A DNA stretch of 64,000 nt from Eledone cirrhosa (lineage: Eukaryota). Location of the stretch: NCBI GenBank assembly GCA_964016885.1, contig OZ024741.1, positions 140,864,001-140,928,000 of the forward strand, given 5' to 3'. A program made the translations under genes and the position numbers. Positions within the stretch are counted from its first letter, which is position 1. Each line of letters starts with the position of its first letter. Positions 39,675-61,455 of this stretch are shown piece after piece. The notes under the pieces were generated by a model. That model searched no databases, had not been told where the DNA came from, and saw nothing but the letters and a program-made list of their open reading frames with translations.

Positions 39675-39808
39675 TGTATATGTATGTATGTATATGTATG
39701 TATATGTATGTATATATGTATGTATATGTATGTATATATGTATGTATATGTATGTATATATGTATGTATATGTATGTATGTATATATATATGTATGTATA
39801 TATATATG
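39520..39808. repeat. (TATG)n/(TA)n microsatellite
   Basis: Direct inspection. Confidence 0.95.
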
Positions 39809-40218
39809 GGAGAGATGACCCCTTAGCCTTTGTCAAGGCAGAATTCTAGGAGAAGGAAAACTCTGATATAACACCTGCAACCCTGATGGTATCCAATGAT
39901 GTTGACTTGTTCTTCTTTTTGGTAAATATCATCTTGGTTAAGAGAGTGGGACTGGCTTTGTGCAGTGCCTTTGCTCACTATAAAAGCTTCACGGCACAGG
40001 CATTGCTTTATATCTGGAGATCTCTCTGCACTTGTCGTCACATGGTACCATGGGCCCAGCACTATGTGTCAGTAATTGTCACAAGTGTAGTGTTTGTACC
40101 AGAGTTTTCAAGTCGCTGGCTGGACTAAAAAGTCACACTCGTTCAGCGCATCGGTAGGGGTTCTCCTACATGGATATAAAGTAGTGGCCGTACTCGAAAA
40201 CGAGTTGGCAGCCACCAT
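39809..40218 (-). mobile_element. probable decayed PLE 3' fragment
   Basis: Minus ORF contains REAFI..SLNQDD, resembling a GIY-YIG C-terminus (EA..I..LN.D), followed by CC-TTGACAA-AGGC (U3-A8 hammerhead 5' core-like); lies between microsatellites. Confidence 0.35.
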
Positions 40219-47483
<7,265 letters not shown>

Positions 47484-50400
47484 ATTCTCTTTTACTCTTT
47501 TACCTGTTTCAGCCATCCGGCTGAGGCCATGCTGGGGCACCGCCCTTGTTGCTACACATTTTATCTCCAGCCTCTATAATTTGGCCACTGGTGTAAGAGG
47601 GAGTTTGTTGCTGCTGACCTTTGGTTTCCCTCGTGTCTTGTTGTGGGCTCATCCGGGATCCTGGATAACAAGTTGTCGAGATGTTTCTTAAAGACCTCCA
47701 CCTCCATGTCATGCAAGTCTCTATGATGCCTCGGCAGCATGTTGAAGAGTTGAGGGCCCTTGAATCCCAGGCTATTGCAATACCTGCTCCTTATTCTAGA
47801 TGTGGAAGACGGGATCTTTGGCACCACACAGTGACGTCCTGTTCGACGGTTGGTCCAGCTCCCAATGCAAAAGTTTGGTGCTAGTCTCTCCAGGATTTTC
47901 CACATGTAGATCACTGCGTATCACTCCCGTCTTCGCACCAAGGAGTAGAGGTTCAGTTCCTTTAGCCTCTCCCAGTAGCTTGTCTCCCTCATCTTGGCAA
48001 TCCTCTTGGTGTAGCTTCGCTGGATTGCCTCAAGCTCCGTGGTTAGTTTGACACTATGGAGTGACCACAACTGGGAGCAGTAGTCCAGGCGGCTTAGGAC
48101 AAAAGTCCTCCACAGTATCAACATGGTATCTCGATCTCTTGTCCGGAAAGTCCTCAAGATCCAGCCAGCAAGTCGTCTGCACGTTGTCGCCACTTTCATG
48201 ATGTGTGAAGAAAAAGATGCATCATCGTTCATGTCTATGCCCAGGTCTCGTATCGATTTTGACACGGGGATATCGGTCCCTCCTGGTCCTGTGTAGCTGT
48301 GTTCCACTATATTTGTCTTTGCAGGTTTGTATTGTAGGGCTTGGAATTTGCCAGCATTAAACTGCATGTTGTTTTCTTCCGCCCATCTGTATATGGCATC
48401 CAGATCCTGCTGTAAAAGGGCAGCGTCAGCCGGGTTTTTGATTGCCTGTGCTACCTTAGTGTCATCAGCATAGCTAGTGAGGGATGTTGTTGCATGCACC
48501 ACAGAGGGCATGTCCGAGAGAGCCACCAAAAACAGTAGTGGTCCCAGGACTGTCCCCTGGGGCACCCCACTTGTTATCGGTGTTTCCTTCGAGAGGGCCC
48601 CATTTGCTGCGACTGCCTGGCTTCTCTCCCTTAGGAAGCCATGCAGCCACTCACCTACTTTTCCAGTTATGCCGAGTCCGTGTAGTTTGTGACATATCAT
48701 TCCGTGGTCGACCTTGTCAAAGGCCTTCGCAAAGTCAAGATATATCACGTCCACATGTGAGCTGTCTAGTAGTTGTCTCAGTACCCAGTTGTAGTGATGT
48801 AGCAGCTATGTAAGGCAGCTTCTTCCTGGGCGGAAGCCATGTTGCGTGTTAGTCAGGCGGTCATTTTCTTCGAGGAAAGTGATTAGTTTCTTTCTGACGA
48901 CTCGCTCCATGACCTTACTGATATGCGACGTCAGGGAGACTGGCCTATAGTACTTGGCCTCCGCTCTACTACCTCCTTTATGGATAGGGCATATTATGCC
49001 TTCTTTCAGCTCCCTGGTTAGTACACCGCTAGCCAAGGAGCTTCTGAAGAGCATCTTCAGTTGAGTTGATAAGGCCCGCTTACATATTTTTAAGAGAACT
49101 GCTGGGAATCCATCAGGTCCAGCAGCCGAGTCTGTTCTAATTTCATCAATGGCGTACACCACATCCTCCTCCGTTATGTCTATGTGGTTGATGGTTGCCA
49201 TTTCTTGATGTAGTGTTGTGGCATCAAAGAACTCCTCTGGCTTCGTTATTTGCATGTGCCTCAGTGGACATGTGAAGACACTTTTGTACTGTTCGTTCAG
49301 TATTTCACATATCTCTTGGGGGTTTTCGGTTAATGAACCGTCCGTGTGGAAGAGTGGCCCAATCTTGCAGAGTACGGAGGCAGTTTCTTTTGCAAATTTA
49401 AAGAAGGCCTTAGGGTTTGTTATAATGTTTTCTATGGCCCTGTTCTCTTTCTTTGCCCTCTCATTCTCATGTGAAAGTTTGAGTGCAATCTCGGTGTCAA
49501 GTAGTGCACGTTTCAAATAGGATTCATTCTTGTTTTTGTTTTGTTGACTATTCAACTGGTTTGAGAGTTTAGTTCTACGTCTCATAAGGATTTTCCTATC
49601 TCTGGGAATAAGATTTTTGTGTCTGTTTGCCTCTTTCTCCGGGACAAACCTTTTGCATATAGCGTGTATCATTGTCATGAAGTGTTGAAATTGTGTGTTA
49701 GTGTCTTGTGTGGCGGTGTTTTCACTCCATGTTTGCTTCCAGATTTCACTCTTAATCTTTTTCCAGTTAGCCTTGTAGAAGTTAAGGCTGGATAGCGTCC
49801 CGGAGCTTCTTGGTGGTTTTGTCTCTGTTGGTTCTCTTGGACCACATATCATTAGCTCTACTAAGTTATGATTCGAGAGAATTGTTGGTGTCACCTTTAC
49901 ATTGTGAATGAGCCCTTCGTTGTTTGTAAAACAGAGGAGTATTGCTTGCTCCATGAACAGCCTGTGTGTGAGGGCCAGCAGGGATTCCGTCTGTCTCTGT
50001 TCTATTGACGTCGTTCCAGGGAGGAGGTGGCCCTCAGGCCATTTGACCTTTGGTAGGTTGAAGTCTCCCAGCAGTAGGATGTTGAGACCCTGGTCCAGTT
50101 TGTCAAGGACCTCTTCTATCCTACTTAGGCTATCCTCAAATTTACCCTCATGACTGGGGGCATCGGGCGGCCGATATGTGACACATATTACTGTCTGTAG
50201 TTGCTTCATATGTATTATCAGTGTGTCACAGACTGAGTTTGAATGTGTCAACAGTACAATTGGTGTGACATCTTCACGGATATAGAGAGCAACCCCACCA
50301 TGAGTTCTCTCCTTCCTGTCCGAACGAAATACAGTATATTTCGGTATATGTATTTCTGCATCTGCTATACTGTTTGTCAGGTGCGTTTGGGTTAGTGCCA

Positions 50401-50567
50401 TGCATAGTGCTTGATTGCTTATGGCTAAGTCTCTCAGGTAGGACATTTTACTCATGTTACTGAGTTTCACCAGGCCTCTGACATTCAGCAGCAGCACTGT
50501 TGTGACTTTTGGGGTGCCAGTAATGGCTGTCGGTATGACACCTGGTCTGGTGTCAGCGCGGCCACTT
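47484..50567 (-). mobile_element. CR1-group LINE, 5'-truncated just upstream of ORF2, inserted in (TA)n
   Basis: APE and RT domains, short 3' UTR ending TGGCTGAAACAGGTAAAAGAGTAAAAGAGAAT, (TA)n on both sides. Confidence 0.9.
47561..50497 (-). pseudogene. LINE ORF2 (APE endonuclease + reverse transcriptase) with two in-frame stops
   Basis: ORFs 48806-50497, 47921-48754 and 47561-47914 share one frame; motifs LNVRGL, GGVALY, YRPP, GDFN, YRPVSLTS, QHGFR, YLDFAKAFD, GVPQGTVLGP, YADD, RDLG. Confidence 0.92.
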
Positions 50568-50573
50568 ATATGT

Positions 50574-50612
<39 letters not shown>

Positions 50613-51222
50613 ATATATATTATATATATATATTATATAAATATATTATATATATATATTATATTATATATATATATATTATATATATATTATATATTAT
50701 ATATATATATTATATATATATATATTATATATATATATATTATATATATATATTATATATATATATTATATATATATATATTATATATATATATTATATA
50801 TATATATATTATATATATATATTATATATATATATTATATATATATATATTATATATATATATTATATATATATATTATATATATATATTATAGTAGAAT
50901 AATCGAGTATCGAAAAATCGGCGCACGAGTTCACGATAAACAAAATTCGAGATGAGCGGCAGAGGGCTCTATAATTCAAATAAATTAGAGCTATAACTAT
51001 CGTTAAAATACCGTCACACGTAGAATATGTCTACAATCAACCAAATAACCGAAAAGTTCGATATGGAAGATTCGGGACACTCAGATAAATTATCAATAAA
51101 TCAATAAATGAAATGAATGTAATATATTATATATATATATATTATATATATATTATATATTATATATATTATATATTATATATATTATATATATATATAT
51201 ATTATATATATATATATTATAT

Positions 51223-51456
51223 GCAAATGTTCTATTTAAAATTGTTGGGATACAACAAGTAAATATTTTATAACTGATATAAAGCACTCGACAAGTTTTT
51301 GGATTAGATATACGATATTAATAAATGGAAACTATATTTATAAAACCATATTTATTTCATTATATATATTTCAGGGATACCAAATTAAAATATGGTATGC
51401 CTTCATCAGACAAAATACAATATATAAACAGTTTTATAAATAATTTTGACGTACCC
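51223..51456 (-). mobile_element. ~230-bp hammerhead-bearing interspersed repeat (family C), copy 1
   Basis: Homologous to 52308-52521(+) and 54622-54864(+). Confidence 0.8.
51353..51417 (-). ncRNA. minimal type I hammerhead ribozyme (canonical core)
   Basis: Minus strand: TATTTTGT-CTGATGA-AGGcATACCA..TGGTATcCCT-GAAA-TATATA-TA-ATGAAATA. Confidence 0.75.
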
Positions 51457-51492
51457 TATTAAATGCAACCATTATTTTCGGAAGCTGTCTGG

Positions 51493-51525
<33 letters not shown>

Positions 51526-51531
51526 ATAGAG

Positions 51532-51764
51532 AGAGAAAATTGAGGTTGGTAATGGCACATGGAATATATAAGAGACAGAATACTTCTTTGTGAAAAAACA
51601 TATAATTTTATAAGGTAAGGAAATAATAAAGGGTATAAAAAATGACCGGTTTCGATGGGTCTGCAAAAGCTATTTCCTTACCTTATAAAATTATATGTTT
51701 TTTCACAAAAAAGTATTCTGTCTCTTATATATTCCATGTGCCATTACCAACCACAATTTTCTCT
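51532..51764. repeat. ~94-bp inverted repeat with a half-hammerhead in the spacer (PLE-end remnant)
   Basis: Arms 51532-51625 and 51671-51764; the minus strand of the spacer has GAAACCGGTC (51644-51653). Confidence 0.75.
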
Positions 51765-51795
51765 ATAACCTTCGTTTTGTGTAGAAAATTACACT

Positions 51796-51858
<63 letters not shown>

Positions 51859-51862
51859 ATTA

Positions 51863-51909
<47 letters not shown>

Positions 51910-51995
51910 ATATATATATATTATATTTATATATTATATTATATATATATATATATATTATATATATATATTATATATATTATATATATATATAT

Positions 51996-52027
<32 letters not shown>

Positions 52028-52065
52028 ATATATATTATATATATATATATTATATATATATATAT

Positions 52066-52099
<34 letters not shown>

Positions 52100-52133
52100 A
52101 TATATATATATATATATTATATATATATATATT

Positions 52134-52244
<111 letters not shown>

Positions 52245-52325
52245 ATATTTATCTATATATATATTATCCAACTAGATGTTGTTACGGTATGTCGAATCTA
52301 TTTATCTATAAAACTGTTTATATTG

Positions 52326-52391
52326 TATTTTGTCTGAGGAAGGCATAGCATATTGTTAATATGTTATCCCTGAAATATATATAATGAAATA
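52326..52391 (+). ncRNA. minimal type I hammerhead ribozyme (family C copy 2)
   Basis: TATTTTGT-CTGAGGA-AGGcATAGCATATT-gtt-AATATGTTATcCCT-GAAA-TATATA-TA-ATGAAATA. Confidence 0.75.
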
Positions 52392-52541
52392 AATATGGTT
52401 TTATAAATATAGTTTCCATTTATTTAATATTGTAAATATACTCCAAATATTTGTCGAGTGCTTTTATATCAGTTATAAATATTTACTAGTTGTAACACAA
52501 CAATTTAAATATAACTTTCCATATATTTATATATATATATT

Positions 52542-52592
<51 letters not shown>

Positions 52593-52760
52593 ATTATATT
52601 ATATATATATATATATTATATTATATATATATATATTATATTATATATATATATATATTATATTATTTATATATATATATATTATTTATATATATATATA
52701 TTATTTATATATATATATATTATATTATATATATATTATATTATATATATATATATATAT

Positions 52761-52809
<49 letters not shown>

Positions 52810-53539
52810 ATATATATTATATATATATATTATATATATATATATTATATTATATATATATATATTATATTATATATTTATATATTATATTATATATATA
52901 TATATATATTATATGAAAAACCAAGAGAGAAACATGAGAGGCAAAATCAGATCGACAGATACATAAAACTTCATCATATATAAAGAGAGAGGGAAGAAAG
53001 AGCTATATCTAGAGAGAGGGATGATACAGTTACATCTTTACGTCATGTCCTATCAATTTGAATTATCAATTCATATGAACTGGGTAATATAATGTAAATA
53101 TTAATATTCATGAATGAGACATAGATATATAATGTGAGAAAATAATTTGGCTCAATAATGACCATATGTTTAGTTTAAAACTCTGAGGTCAATGTACCAA
53201 AATCTGAGATAAATCTTCAAAAAAAAAAATTACCCTATTCATAAAAATACGGAGATATATATGTATATATATATATATACGTATATGCACTTTCTGAAAA
53301 AAGAAAAAGAGAAAGTTATGTCAAGCTCTAGTCGATAATATAGACATACACATGACTTTACGTGATCAACTCTATAATTTCTTGTGCCATAAAAAAAATT
53401 TCCTTGTGTTATAAAAAACTTCAGTATATATATATATACATAAAAAATAAACGATTAATATTCATGCCCTCACACATATGATTATCGTTCATGTATATAA
53501 TATTATGCATATCTGTAACATATACAGAACTATAACCTA

Positions 53540-53579
<40 letters not shown>

Positions 53580-54666
53580 TATATAAGATATCTGCGTGAG
53601 TATTCCAGCATCTCTATGCACACATACAGGCACATGAACACATAAAATAGACTCTGTAATCTTTCCATATGCATGTTAATACATATGGCCTTTGTATAGA
53701 GATAACCAGATATCAATATATCAGCACAGAAATATCAAAACGTTAAATTATTTTCAACACACCCTAGAATATCTCAGGCCACAAAACCGTATGCTTCATA
53801 TATTTACCACAGAAATCTATCCTTCCAATCCCTCAGACAATATATTGCAATGTTTTTTTAGAAGCAATCAGAATCAAAAAGCAAATAAAAAACCAAAAAT
53901 TATTTAACAAAAATTATCTAAAGGATTTAGAAGACCCTGTGGTTCTACGGATGCTCTTATATTTAGTATAGAAATTTATCTTGCGTAAAATTTATTTAAT
54001 ACATTGGGAGCATCTACATTTTAGAGTAGTTTAATTACATCATTTGTTTATATTTATGAAGAAGGTTTAAAAGAAAAAGTTGAAGGAATCGAAAGATTTA
54101 TCGTCAGGTTTCATACATAAATTAAATTTCTTAATTAATTATACTACATTTTAAATTTATATTTATATTTAAACGTTGAGTTCAATCTATGTCTACAGCA
54201 ACTGAATAAATTGCTCCTTAGATTAAGGGAATTTTTGGATTTTAATATAAAGAATATCTCCTCCCCACAGAGATCACATGTCTCAGATGAGGAATTAAAA
54301 GGAATCCCTCTTCAGACAATATTCCAAAACATCGAATACCCAACATTATCACGTTTAAGTTGCCAGAGTGAACTTGATAGCGAAGTTGAAGATATTTTGT
54401 TTGGATCTGTGAAAGAATTCTTATGATTATTGAAGCGAAGCTTAAATTCTGTCGAGGCGGAACCAACATAGTTGAAAGAATTTAAGTTAGTTTCTCTCTG
54501 TTTTTCTTTACATACATTTCTTCTTTGTCTCCGTCTTTCTTTCTAACTGTGCTTAACACTATAACTAAATAATTATAAACACTTCACTACCAAGACAGCT
54601 TCCTACCTTAATGGTCGCTTATAATTATGGTACGTCAAAATTATTTATAAAACTGTTTATATATTG

Positions 54667-54732
54667 TATTTTATCTGACGAAGGCATGCCATATTTTTAA
54701 TATGGTATACCTGAAATATGTATAATGAAATA
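54667..54732 (+). ncRNA. minimal type I hammerhead ribozyme (family C copy 3)
   Basis: TATTTTAT-CTGACGA-AGGcATGCCATATT-ttt-AATATGGTATaCCT-GAAA-TATGTA-TA-ATGAAATA. Confidence 0.7.
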
Positions 54733-54864
54733 TATATGGTTTTATAAATATAGTTTCCATTTGTTTAATATCGTATATCTACTCCAAAATCTTGTCGAGT
54801 GCTTTATATCGGTTATAAAATATTTGCTTGTTGTAACCCAAGAATTTTAAATAAAACTTTTGCA

Positions 54865-54949
54865 TATATATATATATATATTATATATATATATTATATA
54901 TATATATATATATTATATATATATATATAGATTATATATATATATATAT

Positions 54950-54981
<32 letters not shown>

Positions 54982-55136
54982 ATTATATATGTATATTATA
55001 TATATATAGATTATATATATATTATATATATATATATATAGATTATATATATATTATATATAAATATATATAGATTATATATATTATATATATATATAAA
55101 TAGATTATATATATATTATATATATATATATATATT

Positions 55137-55180
<44 letters not shown>

Positions 55181-55351
55181 TTATATATATATTATATAAT
55201 ATATATATATATATAGAGAGAGAGATTATATATATATTATATATATATATAATATATATATATATATAGAGAGATTATATATATATTATATAATTATATA
55301 ATATATATATATATATAGAGAGAGAGATTATATATATATTATATATATTAT

Positions 55352-55397
<46 letters not shown>

Positions 55398-56154
55398 TTA
55401 TATATATATTATATATATTATATATATATATAATATATATATATATATAGATTATATATATATTATATATATTATATATATATATAATATATATATATAT
55501 ATATAGATTATATATATATTATATATATTATATATATATATATAATATATATATATATATATAGATTATATATATATTATATATATATTATATATATATT
55601 ATATATATATATAATATATTTATATATATATATATTATATATTATATATATATATTATATATATATGTATATATATAATATATATATATATTATATATAT
55701 ATATATTATATATTATATATATATATTATATATATATATATATAATATATATATATATTATATATATATATATTATATATATATATATATATAATATATA
55801 TATATATTATATATATATATATTATATATATATATTATATATAATATATATATAGATTATATATACATTATATATATTATATATATATATTATATATATA
55901 ATATATATATAGATTATATATACATTATATATAATCTATATATATATATTATATATATATATATTATATATATATTATATATATTATATATATATATTAT
56001 ATATATTATATATATATATATTATATATATATTATATATATTATATATATATATTATATATATTATATATATATTATATATATATATTATATATATATAT
56101 TATATATATATTATATATATATTATATATATATTATATATATATTATATATATA

Positions 56155-56195
<41 letters not shown>

Positions 56196-56227
56196 TATAT
56201 ATATATTTAATATATATATATATATAT
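54865..56227. repeat. (TA)n microsatellite with GATT interruptions
   Basis: Direct inspection. Confidence 0.95.
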
Positions 56228-56344
56228 ATAGGAACCAGTAAGACCCCGACAGCTGAGCTCAAGCCGTGTCGACGGCTAATTCCAGTCCAGAATTAGCCGT
56301 CGAAACGGCTTGAGCTCAGCTGTCGGGGTCTTACTGGTTCCTAT
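56228..56344. repeat. 55-bp-arm fold-back (one mismatch, 7-nt loop)
   Basis: Arms 56228-56282 and 56290-56344; the right arm is part of the repeat also found at 20917-21057. Confidence 0.9.
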
Positions 56345-56421
56345 TACCCACTCTACTACCTCAAGTATTGAGTACTTTGGTGCGTTATGGTCCACCTGGT
56401 TCCTTACCACTTTTCCTTCGT

Positions 56422-56456
<35 letters not shown>

Positions 56457-56464
56457 ATATATAT

Positions 56465-57610
56465 ATGCAATGAAATGTCTATGATCGTTGGCAAATCACT
56501 GATGAGGAACTCATTTTATAACATGTTATCCAGGTGCAACCTGCAGTATTCTTCTCCCCATTTTTTCACATATATTTACCTAAACTGCGATTCTGTTTTT
56601 CTCTCTCTCTCTCTCTCTCTCTCTTACTGCTCCCTCGTTCTCTCTGTTTCTCCTACTTTCTTTCGCCCCATCTGTCATGTCAGTTAACTCTTCCTCACAC
56701 TTCCACTCATTCACTCACTGTTTCTCCCCTTCTCACTTCACCCCGTTCGCGACGAATACATTTTCCTTCTTTCTTACATTTGGATTCAGATCGAAAGGTC
56801 TTTTTTCTAAGCGCTCATATATTCACCTAGCTTATGCTAACAGAATAACTATGTAGCTTGTTCCCTTCCTATCTACGGTTAGCTTTCCTCTTTGTCGTTT
56901 ACTTGTTTCACTCGCTTTACGCGTTTAAATTGTCCTAATAACATAATTAAGTTATTATTGCACCAACGTGAGGTATATGATTTTTTATGCAATGAAATAT
57001 CTATGATCGTTGGCAAATCACTGATGAGGTACTAATTTTACAACATGTTATCCATGTGCAACCTGCAGTATTCTTCTCCCTATTTTTTCACATTTATTTA
57101 CCTAAACTGCGATTCTGTTTTTCTCTCTCTCCCTCTTAGTGCTCTCTCGTTCTCTCTGTTTCTCCTACTTTCTTTCGCCCCCTCTGTCATGTCAGTTAAC
57201 TCTTCCTCACACTTCCACTCACTCACTCACTCACTCACTCTTTCTCCCCGTCTCACTTCACCCCGTTCGCGACGAATACATTCTCCTTCTTTCTTACATT
57301 TGGATTCATCTCGAAAGGTCTTTTTTCTAAGCGCTCATATATTCACCTAGCTTATGCTAACAGAATAACTATGTAGCTTGTTCCCTTCCTATCTACGATT
57401 AGCTTTCCTCTTTGTTGTTTACTTATCTCACTCGCTTTACGCGTTTTAATTGTCCTAATAACTTAATTTAGTTATTATTGCACCAACGTGAGGTATATGA
57501 TATTTAATGCAATGAAATATCTATGATCGTTGGCAAATCACTGATGAGGGACTCATTTGATAACATGTTATCCATGTGCAACCTGCAGTATTCTTCTCCC
57601 CATTTTTTCA
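56465..57610. repeat. ~521-bp tandem repeat (~2.2 copies) within (TA)n
   Basis: Unit starts ATGCAATGAAAT at 56465, 56987 and 57507. Confidence 0.92.
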
Positions 57611-57659
57611 TATATATATTATATATATATATATTATATATATATATATTATATATATA

Positions 57660-57702
<43 letters not shown>

Positions 57703-57714
57703 ATATATTATATA

Positions 57715-57760
<46 letters not shown>

Positions 57761-58304
57761 ATATATATATTATATATATATTATATATATATATTATATA
57801 TATATATATATTATATATATATTATATATATATATTGTATATATATTATATATATATATTATATATATATATTATATATATTATATATATATATTATATA
57901 TATATATTATATATATATTATATATATATATTATATATTATATATTATATATATATTATATATATATATTATATATATATATATATTATATATATATATA
58001 TATTATATATATATAATATATATATATTATATATATATTATATATATATATTATATATATATATATATTATATATATATATTATATATATATTATATATA
58101 TATATTATATATATATATTATATATATATATTATATATATATATTATATATGTATATTATATATATATATTATATATATATATATTATATATATATTATA
58201 TATATATATTATATATATATATAATATATATATATATATTATATATATTAAATATATATATATATACTATATATATTAAATATATATATATATTATATAT
58301 ATAT

Positions 58305-58336
<32 letters not shown>

Positions 58337-58914
58337 ATATATTATATATATATTTATTATATATATAATATTTATATATATTATATATATATTTATTATA
58401 TATATATATTATATTTATATATATTATATATATATATTATATATATATATATATATATACATATATATTATATATAATATATATATATATAATATATATA
58501 TATAATATATATATAATAGATATTATATATATATAATATATATATATAATATATAATATATATATATATATATAATATATATAGATATAATATATATATA
58601 ATATAAATATATATATTATATATATATATACATATATATTATATATATATACATATATATTATATATATATTATATATTATATATATATATATATTATAT
58701 ATATATTATATATATATATATTATATATATATATATATTATTATATATATATATTATATATATATATATGATATATATATATTATATATATATATATGAT
58801 ATATATATATTATATATATATATATTATATATTATATATATATATTATATATATATAATATATATATTATATATATATATATATTATATATTATATATAT
58901 ATATTATATATATA

Positions 58915-58946
<32 letters not shown>

Positions 58947-59409
58947 ATATATATATATTATATATATATATTATATATATGTATTATATATATATATTAT
59001 ATATATATATATTATATATATGTATTATATATATATATTATATATATATATATATTATATATATATAATATATATATATATTATATATATATATATATTA
59101 TATATATATATTATATATATATATTATATATATATATTATATATATATATATATATTATATATAAATATTATATATATATATAATATATATATATATATT
59201 ATATATATATTATATATATATATATTATATATATATATTATATATATATATATATTATATATATATTTATATTATATATATATTATATATATATATTATA
59301 TATATATTTATATTATATATATATATATATTATATATATATTAATTATATATTATATATATTATATATATATAATATATATATAATATATATATAATATA
59401 TATATATAT

Positions 59410-59472
<63 letters not shown>

Positions 59473-59964
59473 ATATATATATATATAATATATATATATA
59501 TAATATATATATAATAATATATATTATATATATATATATATATTATATATATATATATTATATATATATTATATATATATATATTATATATATATATATA
59601 TTATATATATATATTATATATATATTATATATATATTATATATATATTATATATATATATTATATATATATATATATATTATATATATATATTATATATA
59701 TATTATATATATATTATATATATATTATATATATATATTATATATATATATATATATTATATATATATATTGTATATATATATATATTATATATATATAT
59801 ATATTATATATATATATTATATATATATATATATTATATATATATATATATATTATATATATATATATCATATATATATATATATATGTTATATATATAT
59901 ATTATATATATATATTATATATATATATATATTATATATATATATATATTATATATATATATAT

Positions 59965-59996
<32 letters not shown>

Positions 59997-60087
59997 ATAT
60001 ATTATATATATATATATTATATATATATATATATATTATATATATATATATATATTATATATATATATTATATATATATATATATAT

Positions 60088-60132
<45 letters not shown>

Positions 60133-60200
60133 CTATATATATATATATATACTATATATATATATATATTATATATATATATTATATATATTTATATATA

Positions 60201-60239
<39 letters not shown>

Positions 60240-60291
60240 TATATATATATATATATTATATATATTATATATATATATTATATATATATAT

Positions 60292-60323
<32 letters not shown>

Positions 60324-60540
60324 ATATATATATATATAATATATATATATATATAATATATATATATAATATATAATATATATATATATATATTATATAT
60401 ATATATATATTATATATTATATATATATATTATATATATATATATATTATATATATATATATTATATATATATATATTATATATATATATTATATATATA
60501 TATATATATTATATATTATATATATATATATATTATATAT
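57611..60540. repeat. ~2.9-kb (TA)n microsatellite
   Basis: Direct inspection. Confidence 0.95.
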
Positions 60541-60776
60541 ATTTAGAAACACACAGATACATGCGGACACACACATATATACATGAATGCATCCGCACCC
60601 AACTGTGAGTTAAGGGTGCCAACTTCACCGATGTTGCTCAATGAATGACTGGGACAGACCAATTCAGTTTGAACCAGACTGAACCAGTATCAGAGTTAAA
60701 AATACATTATGAAGAGAGAAGAAACATTTAGATATAATTAGTAATAAAATGTATCATACCTAAACTGCTCCTAAAT

Positions 60777-60864
60777 TCCTCGACTACGTAGTTTCGTGGC
60801 ATAAACAAAAACAATATATCAAAGATATAGAGTCCTTGCGAGGTCTGCCAACTTATCAAGAGGA
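60777..60864 (-). ncRNA. type I hammerhead ribozyme, U3-A8 variant
   Basis: Minus strand: TCCTC-TTGATAA-GtTGGCA..TGCCAC-GAAAC-TACGTA-GTC-GAGGA. Confidence 0.8.
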
Positions 60865-61367
60865 TACCTCATTTTACTAGTCTCAAGAACGCGTCTACAC
60901 GACGTGAGAAAGAATCTCAAAAGGCGGAGGGGGAGATAGTCACGCGATATAACGGTCGAGAAACAGAGCTAAGCCTCCTATAACCACGAAGAAAATACCA
61001 CGGAGGCGGAGGGGGTATTCATATCGAGGCCGTAGAAGAGGTAGTGAAGAAGGCGAGAAGTATGAGTAATGGAAGCTTTCCAGTTGTCCCCACACTTCAA
61101 AGATTGCTCGACCAGAGGGAGTTATTAATATATTTAGAAACACACAGATACATGCGGACACACACATATATACATGAATGCATCCGCACCCAACTGTGAG
61201 TTAAGGGTGCCAACTTCACCGATGTTGCTCAATGAATGACTGGGACAGACCAATTCAGTTTGAACCAGACTGAACCAGTATCAGAGTTAAAAATACATTA
61301 TGAAGAGAGAAGAAACATTTAGATATAATTAGTAATAAAATGTATCATACCTAAACTGCTCCTAAAT

Positions 61368-61455
61368 TCCTCGACTACGTAGTTTCGTGGCATAAACAAA
61401 AACAATATATCAAAGATATAGAGTCCTTGCGAGGTCTGCCAACTTATCAAGAGGA
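61368..61455 (-). ncRNA. type I hammerhead ribozyme, U3-A8 variant (tandem copy)
   Basis: Same motif 591 bp away. Confidence 0.8.

Noticed and set aside
54199-54426. Possible coding exon (QLNKLLLRLREF..SVKEFL)
   Set aside because: Short, no recognisable domain and no supporting neighbouring exons; needs RNA-seq
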